The translations under genes were made by a program, and so were the position numbers. Below are positions 1 through 8,791 of a stretch of DNA of 64,000 nucleotides, piece after piece. The first letter of the stretch is position 1. Every line of letters begins with the position of its first letter. Origin of the DNA: Rhynchopus sp. YZ270_cl-10 (taxonomy: Eukaryota); assembly GCA_964035575.1 (NCBI GenBank), contig OZ037846.1, forward strand, positions 1,364,001-1,428,000, written 5' to 3'. The notes under the pieces were generated by a model. The model was not told the DNA's origin. It did not search any database and was given only the letters and a program-made list of their open reading frames with translations.

Positions 1-266
1 AGGACGTAGTAGCGGTATCCACGAAACTAGAGATAGGCGACGAACGGCTGCGTGGAGCTCACACGAAAAAAAGCGAGGTGTCATCGATTAATTATTTATT
101 TTGAAAACTTGGTTGTATTAGTGTAGACACGCTTATTTTGTTTTTACACCTTCGTTGTTCGCTGTCGGGTGTATTTTTTATTTTTGCTTTTTCATCGGAA
201 TATCAATCATCAACCAAAACACACCACCAAAAAAGGGGGCGAAAAAAAACAAAACAAAGGTAATAA

Positions 267-1525
267 ATGATTCTTCGATCCGTAGGTGGCTCTTTGCTGC
301 GGTGCACAGCTAGGGTGTGGGGTGTGGGCGTGAGCGGCGGAGTACCGACAGCACTGCGTGGTGCACGCCGCGCTGTACATGGTGAGGGCGGCACATCAGC
401 ACCACCACCGGCACACCCGCCACGGAAGCGGCAACGACGCTATAGGGCTTCAGCATCGCTTGCATCAGTTGTCGAGAAGGAGGCGGTATGTGAAGGGAGG
501 GGGAGAGGGGAGGGAGGGGGGTGCACGACGGTGAAGTAAATGACATCGTGATGTTACAAGTCATTTTATTTGTCAAAATACAGCTTGACAAATGGGACGC
601 AGCAACGGTGAATGTGTGACTGAGTGTGGGGGATGCGTTCAAGAATTAAACTCCCCCCAAACCCCCTTTTTCGTCTTTGTTTTTATCCAAACGTCGAGTG
701 GATGCGTAATAATTTTTATCTCCCCGTTTAGAAGCAGAGTGTGCTACGTTACGATTATTCACTAAATACAGGAAGACAAATGGGACACGGCAACGGTGAA
801 GGAGACGCTTGCGATCCTAGAGCGTGCGACGATGCCTGCGTTCAACATTGTCGATACTTATGAGCACAGTCGAATGGTATGCTAAAACAGTGCTGCTCAA
901 ACGCATCCCCCAAAACAGTATCCCCACCACCACCACCACACAGGACTTCTATGGGCGGGAGTGTCGCGATCCGAGCCTTGTTCTCACTGTCGAGTCCTTC
1001 AAGCTTGGAATGACCCCCGAGGACAGACTGGCACTGAACCTGCCAGCGAAGGTGTTCCTGCGTCTGCTCGAACTCTTTGTGCCACCTGAGGTGTGTGTGT
1101 GTGTGTGTTTTTTTATATAACAATTCTCTCCGTCGATTTTTGGTTTTTTGTCTCAGCTGTGCACACAAACGCCACAGATGATGCGCACAATGGGATTTTC
1201 ACATAAGACATCGATGTTCCACAGTTAGGGACGTTTGACACGGCGTTCTTTTTGGATTTTTTTTTCTTCTATTTTTTGCGTTCCATCCTCATGGTCTTCT
1301 TCACAACCTTCAACACCTCAGGAGTGGATGCTCGACCATTCCGTGGAAGAGCGGCACAACCGCCGCATGATGGAGTGGATGCGATACCAGCCCAACACAC
1401 CCGGCGCAGCTTCCTTGGAAGACTTCAAGAACGACCTCCCCCCGCAAGACTACCACTACGTCAAGAACCTTGCTGAAGCGCCCCCACGCCGTGCGTACCC
1501 CAGCTCCTGGCCACTCCGTCGGTAG
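267..1525 (+). CDS. Spliced hypothetical protein with a mitochondrial-type presequence; exons ~267-485, 584-613, 772-876, 944-1090, (1178-1223 uncertain), 1322-1525
   Basis: Phase-0 GT..AG junctions join the ORF pieces in frame (GCG|gtatgt, atacag|CTT, AAT|gtgtga, atacag|GAA, ATG|gtatgc, acacag|GAC, GAG|gtgtgt, ctcag|GAG). The N-terminus MILRSVGGSLLRCTAR is Arg-rich and lacks acidic residues. The phase of the possible 1178-1223 exon is unresolved. Confidence 0.6.
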
Positions 1526-1835
1526 TCACCAAAAAGAAGGGGAAAAAATGGGGTAACTAGATTCCAAAAATCCAAAACCATTTTTCAAACTTTTCGACCG
1601 AGCTTTTTTCACTGTTCTCGGAAAGATCCTTTTTTTCTGAGACAACTTTTTAGACGAGCGGTGTACCGGGCAATACCGAATGACTTTTGTCTTCCGGGAA
1701 AAAAATTCTACCCCAAAATTATTTTCATTCCCCCCCCCTCCCCCTCCACCCCTCTCCCCCTCCACCCCTCCACCCTTTTCTCCAGACACAAAAAAAAAAA
1801 CACATGCTACACACACACACCACTTCTATCTTATA

Positions 1836-2765
1836 ATGAAATCGATGCATATCTGGCTTTTTGCCGCCATCGCGTTGGGTGCGATCACTTTAGTCTGGCG
1901 GGCTGCTGACTATGCACGCATGCCTCTGAAGGCACAGGGGAATGGTAGCACACGGGCACATGCCGATACAGCTTCTCTCCTCGAAACCCCTGCTCTCTGT
2001 ACGACCCGCGCAGACTGCAATAACAACGGTGCGTGCCTCTCGGCCGAATGTACCTGTGCACCAGGGTTTGCGGGGATATACTGCGACCGTTGTTCCACTG
2101 CGCACCATGGCTACCCAGAATGTAAGGCAGATGCAACATGCTACGCGCTCTCGTGGGATGCATGCACACCCCCCACCCCGCCCCGCCTCCTCCGGAACGA
2201 AGGCCTTCTCCCACACCGCCCGCGGCGACAGATCAGTCTGGTCTCCGCATCTGACGCGCTCGACCCCAACACGGTTCTTGGCGTGCAGATTGTGGACGGA
2301 CTATGGGGGAAGAACACCATCTCACTCAAGGTCTGCCACGTCAACAGATGTGGCGCAGAACAGCAAGGTGGAGGTCGGATATGCAAATGGGAGGAAACAA
2401 CAGAGCAGATCTATGTGCGAAACACGGGGTGTGGGGTGGATGTGATGGTGAAGCCACGGAGGGCAAGTGGGGCTGGGGCAGGGTTTAAAGGGGAGTGCAC
2501 TGATGCAGACGACCAGGCGGAGTTGTTGTGCACACTGCCGTCAAAACGTTACAAGGTGTATGCACGCGATGTGTCGTGGCTGCTTGAGAAGGATGCATCG
2601 GGCGGGTACTCTCTCGAGGCTGCAGGCTGGCGAGGGCACTACCTCATAGGCGGCCATACCACCGCCCTCAAGCACGGCAAACCACACCCTGAGCGCGAGG
2701 GGAGACTACGTCTCCACACCTTAGGGCAGAAGTACCTAGCGTCTTGCAATACCAGTTCGACGTAG
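1836..2765 (+). CDS. Secreted or membrane-anchored EGF/laminin-EGF domain protein
   Basis: MKSMHIWLFAAIALGAITLVW is a signal/anchor sequence. CNNNGAC..CTCAPGFAGIYCDRC...GYPEC has EGF/laminin-EGF cysteine spacing. Confidence 0.75.
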   Translation: MKSMHIWLFAAIALGAITLVWRAADYARMPLKAQGNGSTRAHADTASLLETPALCTTRADCNNNGACLSAECTCAPGFAGIYCDRCSTAHHGYPECKADATCYALSWDACTPPTPPRLLRNEGLLPHRPRRQISLVSASDALDPNTVLGVQIVDGLWGKNTISLKVCHVNRCGAEQQGGGRICKWEETTEQIYVRNTGCGVDVMVKPRRASGAGAGFKGECTDADDQAELLCTLPSKRYKVYARDVSWLLEKDASGGYSLEAAGWRGHYLIGGHTTALKHGKPHPEREGRLRLHTLGQKYLASCNTSST

Positions 2766-3379
2766 AAATGATTGTGATGCAATTCAAGGCGTCTGAAGTT
2801 GGCTTTGGTTCTCAGCGTCTGAGCGAGAGAGGCTGTGAGGAGGGATGTCTCAGAGTTTCGGGCCAAAAAAATAATATAAAATCTATGGCGAGTGTCAGAA
2901 TTGCGGTTCTCGAAGAGAAAAGGATGGGAGGAGAGAGACGCTTGCCGGGCTTTTTCACTATCATTCTCACACATAGCGCCATGGCGTACACACCCCGCAC
3001 ACAGCGTGAGGTAGCACGTCACACAGCAATTCGTCATCGTTTATGCTGTAGTAGACCGTCTTCATCTAACAGGCCTCCGTCGAGGTTTCGTGACTTAGTG
3101 TACGTTGCAGGAAAGGATGTAGCGTTCCTTGTTATATGAGGAGGAAAAAGCGAGAATAATGTAAAGAAACAAACAAACCAACTGCCTTCGGGGCTACGTT
3201 GTGCACAGAAGAGGCTTGGACAGGGTGATGGCCGGTGCTACAGAAAAAAGCAGTTAACAACTTACCAAAAAATGGAAGCCTCCCCCCTTTTTGCTTTTTT
3301 TTGTGTGTACAAACCACTTGACTGTTCTCATACTCCACTACAGCACTTCAGGTTGGGCCTATTGGTCTGGGCACCAAAC

Positions 3380-3979
3380 ATGGACACGCCTACGTGCACA
3401 CGGCACGCGGTTTGCATATGCCGTGCACTTGCCTCGCGTGCAGTGGGAAGCGACCTTGCGACCTCTGTGCTGGAGTACTTGGACACAGGGCTGTCACCCG
3501 CCGTGGAGGCGCTGCTGGACAGCGAGCTGGACGTCATGCTGCGCTCTTTGGAGGTGATGTTCGGGAACCTGCACGTCGCGTTGCACCGCGACCTGCTCTG
3601 CAGCAGCTACACACACAGCTTTCCTGCCACCCGCTTTGCAACCATGGCACGTCTCCCACAGGGGTTGCTGGACAGCCTGGTGCGTGCTGCGTTACCACAG
3701 ATGTGTTACTGCGTCGCGGCGAACAATCCCTGCTGCATTGCCAGCGACTTCACCCTCGAGTGCAGTACCTGCAAGCGCCACCGCGGCTACACAAAAGGCC
3801 GCCTCGACACCTTTCTCCACGACTGCCAGGTCTCCCTCAGCGTCTCCGTGCACGGTGTGCACGGTGCAGACGCTAGCTGCACCATGCACCTCCAGCGCAT
3901 TGCTGTCCGCACCCCGCAAGCCCTCCTCACCTCCTGGGGCAAAGCAACACTGCAGCAGCTCAAAGGGCGCAAGAAGTAG
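3380..3979 (+). CDS. Hypothetical Cys-containing protein
   Basis: ~200-codon GC-rich ORF from MDTPTCTRHAV, on the same strand as its neighbours. No family recognised. Confidence 0.55.
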   Translation: MDTPTCTRHAVCICRALASRAVGSDLATSVLEYLDTGLSPAVEALLDSELDVMLRSLEVMFGNLHVALHRDLLCSSYTHSFPATRFATMARLPQGLLDSLVRAALPQMCYCVAANNPCCIASDFTLECSTCKRHRGYTKGRLDTFLHDCQVSLSVSVHGVHGADASCTMHLQRIAVRTPQALLTSWGKATLQQLKGRKK

Positions 3980-4970
3980 GTCGGGCAGGGAGGAGACCAA
4001 GTGTTCTGCACAGAGTCTGAAGCATGCAACGGTACCGCAGGGAAAGGTTTGACACGTTGCCGAGGGATGCGTGAGTATTGCCGCAAAGGCCCTAAGTGGT
4101 GTACCGTACGGAAGGGTACGGGACGGAAAGGAACCGACCAATGTCAGGTGGATAGAACGTCAGTAAAAGATATTGGGCGTCCACCAGCATGATGTGGCAA
4201 CCATGTCCTGTGATACATAGGTTCGTTTACGATATCGCAGTGTTCACGTGTATGTTTGAAGGGAGTCATCAGAATATAACTCCCTTGTCACAAGACATCT
4301 GTACCTCTTGAGTGATGTGCAGTTCACCATTCCGTAAAAATCGTTCCACCGTTTTGCAGGGTGGGGACGCAGGAGTTGGCGGTAAACGTGTTGACACACA
4401 ACGACACTGCAATGTCACTGCCTGTTGTAGGGCAAATGAACACGATGCTCGAACTGGGCGACTGCCCCCCACCCCCACAGTGAGGCGCTTACACTTTGCG
4501 CACCCCGTCTTCCAGATGACATCTGCAATGCATAAGCCAACGTTCGCCCCTTACAAGCATGCTTAGGATCTTTAAATATTTTCTATTTCTCTCTTCTCAC
4601 TACCGGCGAAATAAGGAAGAAAGCTATTTTGTTGTATCTTTGCCTCCCTCCTCCTTCTTATCACTGCCCCACAACAGAGCAACACTTCGAAACAATGGAA
4701 CTGTGTGTGCAGGGATATGATGAAAACAAATTCGTGATTGAGGTGGGCGAGAACGACACAACGGAGACGATGCGGCAGAAGGTGGCGTCTGCAACAGGGT
4801 TGTGCGAAGACAGCTTCCGCATGGGCTTCGGAGGGAAGGAGGAAGGAGAGGACATCACAGAACTGAGTGCTGGAGACGTGGTCGTGTTGACGAAAACGAC
4901 GAAGTACGAATCTCTTGAGGCACTTCGCGCCTTGGGTGAGACAGACATTTCCGAAGCGAGGTTGGCGACT

Positions 4971-5061
4971 CCCGACGGCGGACCGCCCCCCATAGCACAT
5001 TTTTGCGGTGCACGGGCGTACGGGATTAGTATCTTTTTTTCGAGAGAACCCAAGAGCGGCC
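4971..5061 (+). ncRNA. Candidate HDV-like self-cleaving ribozyme at the element 5' end (second copy at 5592-5682)
   Basis: Hand-folded pairings fall in HDV order: P1 CCCGACG/CGTACGGG, P2 CCGC/GCGG, P3 CCC/GGG. The P4 hairpin is flanked by AGTA/GAA and followed by a CAAG J4/2-like strand. Confidence 0.55.
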
Positions 5062-5572
5062 AGGTCCTGGACAAGTACGTTGTGCTTTTAGACCTACAAA
5101 CTGTCTGGGGTGGTGGGACCTCGGGGCGAAGGGTGCTTCCCGGGACCCCAATATCCTACCACAAGGAGCTCGAGTCGTGCATGGAATGCAGGGTACTCTG
5201 AGCCGATCACTTCCACAACTCCCAGATCCCAAGACCTCCACGGGGGGCAGGCCTCCACGGCAACCCGCGACCGCCGACACCTTAGCTCCGTACTGCCTCT
5301 GTCTGTAACCTGCCGGTCCCCCACCTACCTACGCTTTTTGTGGTGTCTTTTTACGACGGTGGACCAAGGGGCTTTGCAGTGCAGTCAACGCCGACGGAGC
5401 GAGACTCGATTGTGACCGGGTGAAAAGGGAACCTTAGCCAGCGCTAACCAGCGGCAGTTTTGACTCAGGGAGGAGTTTCTCACCGCAGACTGGCGACACA
5501 CCCCCACTTTTTCGGGGTGGCTGCATTCCTCTTCGGAACGGGGTGTTCCATCCTATTTTTAAAAACGTTTAT
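4971..5572 (+). mobile_element. Short non-autonomous ingi/L1Tc-like retroposon, copy 1
   Basis: Flanked by the 19-bp direct repeat CGAAGCGAGGTTGGCGACT (4952-4970 and 5573-5591). No TIRs. The 5' end resembles the ingi/RIME signature. Confidence 0.8.
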
Positions 5573-5591
5573 CGAAGCGAGGTTGGCGACT

Positions 5592-6196
5592 CCCGACGGC
5601 GGACCGCCCCCCATAGCACATTTTTGCGGTGCACGGGCGTACGGGATTAGTATCTTTTTTTCGAGAGAACCCAAGAGCGGCCAGGTCCTGGACAAGTACG
5701 TTGTGCTTTTAGACCTACAAACTGTCTGGGGTGGTGGGACCTCGGGGCGAAGGGTGCTTCCCGGGACCCCAATATCCTACCACAAGGAGCTCGAGTCGTG
5801 CATGGAATGCAGGGTACTCTGAGCCGATTACTTCCACAAAACTCCCAGATCCCAAGACCTCCACGGGGGGCAGGCCTCCACGGCAACCCGCGACCGCCGA
5901 CACCTTAGCTCCGTACTGCCTCTGTCTGTAACCTGCCGGTCCCCCACCTACCTACGCTTTTTGTGGTGTCTTTTTACGACGGTGGACCAAGGGGCTTTGC
6001 AGTGCAGTCAACGCCGACGGAGCGAGACTCGATTGTGACCGGGTGAAAAGGGAACCTTAGCCAGCGCTAACCAGCGGCAGTTTTGACTCAGGGAAGGAGT
6101 TTCTCACCGCAGACTGGCGACACACCCCCACTTTTTCGGGGTGGCTGCATTCCTCTTCGGAACGGGGTGTTCCATCCTATTTTTAAAAACGTTTAT
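5592..6196 (+). mobile_element. Short non-autonomous ingi/L1Tc-like retroposon, copy 2 (head-to-tail with copy 1)
   Basis: Nearly identical to copy 1 and followed by a third copy of the 19-mer at 6197-6215. Confidence 0.8.
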
Positions 6197-7998
6197 CGAA
6201 GCGAGGTTGGCGACTGTGACGGATCCTGAGGTGGCTTCTCTGCTTCTTCAGGCGGAGGTTGCGACTGTTATTCCTGACAGGTTCTTGTCGTTCGAATCGT
6301 TTACGAGACTTGATCTCTCTGCTGTGTCTGGGGTGACGCGAATTGAGCGCGGCTTCCTCTTCGGGTGTGCGTCGGTGGAAACCGTTGACTTGTCGGGATT
6401 GTGCAACGTTACGCACATTGGTAATGACTGTCTCTATGACTGCACATCGTTGACAAGCCTTGACGCGTCAGGGTTCACTGGTGTGACGTCGATAGGGACC
6501 TCGTTCCTCCAAGCAAGTGGCGTCACAAATCTTGACTTATCCGCGATGACGAGCGTGACGACGGTTGATCAATCCTTCCTTTTCAAATGCGAGTCGTTGG
6601 AAAGTCTTGACATCTCAGGATGGCGCAGAGTCACGCACATCAGCAAAGACTTCCTCTGGAACTGCGCCTCGTTGGCAACCATTGATTTGTCAGCTTTTTG
6701 CAGTGTCACGAAGATCGGCTCCAAATTTCTCTTCAACTGCTCGTCGTTGACCACCATCAGCTTTTCAGGGATGATCAATGTGACGGAAATTGGGAACTTT
6801 TTTTGTACGGGCTGCACCTCATTGGAAACGATTGACTTGACGGCACTGCACAGAGTTGTGAAGGTAGGGTACGACTTTCTTACGAGGTGCACCTCGCTGG
6901 CAAGTATCGATCTCTCAGCTTTTGGCGGTGCCACAGACGTTGGGCAAGGATTTCTTAGGCACTGTTCATCATTGAAAACAGTTGATTTATCAGTGTTGCG
7001 CAGCATCACGCACATTGAGCCAAGCTGGTTGCAAGGGTGCTTCTCGTTGACAACAGCAGACTTATCAGGACTGAGCAATGTTAGGAACATCAAGACACAT
7101 TTCAAGCGTGCACATCCTTGACTACGCTGGACATGTCAGGTACTGACAGCGACGCAATGATCGAGCACTACTTCCTGCGCAACTGCAACGCACTCACAAC
7201 AGTCGTCTTGCCAGGCAACATCGACATTCACGAGATGTCTCTCCCAGACAACCATGGCTTTGGCGTCACGAAGACCTTCCATGCACGTATGCGTGACATT
7301 TACGCAAGGTTTACGGAACAGTTCGGAGGCGTGCAGATACAACATCTAGTACGCACAGACGTGTCTGGAGATCCAAGACAATGTATTGCATTGAAAGCAG
7401 GACAAGAGAAGGTTTGATGCAAGCACAAGAGGGTTAAGGTCCGGGACAGGCTGCAGCGATGTTGAGGAACGGCCAGCAGAGGAAGTCAGTGGTCGAAGCC
7501 CGTCCGAAACGCAGTGCGCACCACAGGAGGATTCCCGCAAGTGGTGGAGACACTCAGAGTGACGCCACCAGCTGCGCACTGCTCCCTCGAAGCTGCACGA
7601 CGCACACCCTCACAGGCCACTTCTCCCGCAAGCACAGACGACACAGTGCAGACAACAGAGCTGGAATCGCTCTTGCACGGCTTACTGGCAGCCCTACAAT
7701 ATCATGACATGTACGACAGTTTGTGTGGAGAGAGGATTTGGTTGATCTATCCTTAAACCTTTCAAATGCAATGCACATCCGTTGCTATCGTGCGTAGTAA
7801 GTAGCATCAGTATTTGCGTTGCACCCCTCCACCTACTAGCCTGTGTGAAAATTCATTTTTAGATGTTTTGAGGATAACGACCACCACCCTCCCCTCTCTT
7901 TTTCACCTAATAATAACCTTCTAATAGCAAACTACAGACGCACCAGAATACAGACGCAGAAAGCATCGCAAAAAAACACTTTTCGATCTGCAGTGAAT

Positions 7999-8669
7999 CA
8001 GGGTCCTAGGTATAGGGAACGGAAAAGGTGCGGCACCTTTTCCGTTAAATTCAGATTTTTTTTTTTTTTGGGGGGGGATTTTTTTTTGGGTCCCCCCAAA
8101 GAAAAAAATCCCAGTAACGGGGGGTCCTCCTACACTCAGCTCACAACAGAATTTTTTGCTACCCAAAATCTCAATTTCCCATACAAAAATGCTCGCATTC
8201 AGAAGGAAAGCGCTCGCAAAACCCGAGGGGGCTCAAGGGCACACCATGGGAGAACTCGACTCAATTGGTCAAACGCTGAAGGAAAAGGAAGCATGTAGCG
8301 AAGCGAAAGCAAAAAAGTAGCGTACCGTGCGCCTGCGGCGCAAGATTGCAACTCACCCTTTCCCATGACATAGTTTGTCAGTAAAAATGTGCAATTTTAA
8401 GTGTTTTTTTTTTTTGAAATGTGCCGTACCGTGGCTTCGCCAGGAACCTTTGGGTGCCATGAGCGTCGTTTCTTTTTGTAAATGCTGAGGTTACTGATAA
8501 GCGCACGATTCTTTCGTGCCACACATTCTTGGATGGTAGCATCATTGTCGTTGGAGTAATCATTTTTGAGGCTGTTGTGGGGTGGTAAATTTTCCGCGCA
8601 CAGCGCGGAAAATTTTTTCTTGCAGCACCTTTTCCGTTTTCGTTTTTTTTATTTGGACCTAGAACCCTG
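7999..8669. mobile_element. TIR element (MITE), CAGGGTYCTAG family, 7-bp TSD
   Basis: Ends CAGGGTCCTAGGT ... ACCTAGAACCCTG. AGTGAAT at 7992-7998 and 8670-8676. Confidence 0.85.
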
Positions 8670-8791
8670 AGTGAATGCAAGGTGGGGGGGTTTTTTTTTT
8701 CATGAAACCAATTTTTCTCTCGAAAAAAACCTCCCCCTTCCCCAAAGGGTACACAAATATTTTTATACACATTTCAAAAATAAAATAAAAT

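Larger units (their letters stand above)
4695..7417 (+). pseudogene. UBL + 25-aa LRR gene disrupted by a tandem retroposon insertion and a frameshift near 7100
   Basis: MELCVQGYDENKFVIEVG matches the N-termini of the paralogues at 12496 and 58493. Removing 4971-6215 restores ISEARLAT|VTDPEVA in frame. The LRR consensus continues in another frame after ~7100 (ACTSLTTLDMSG). Confidence 0.85.

Noticed and set aside
1225..1230. TTAGGG telomere-like hexamer
   Set aside because: Single copy only.
4629..5822. ORFs 4629-5201 and 5460-5822 as separate genes
   Set aside because: They are read-through frames into and across the inserted element.
4952..6215. Three identical 19-mers with regular spacing as a CRISPR-like array
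   Set aside because: The intervening ~600-bp segments are near-identical to each other, and the 19-mer is host coding sequence. This is a TSD pattern.
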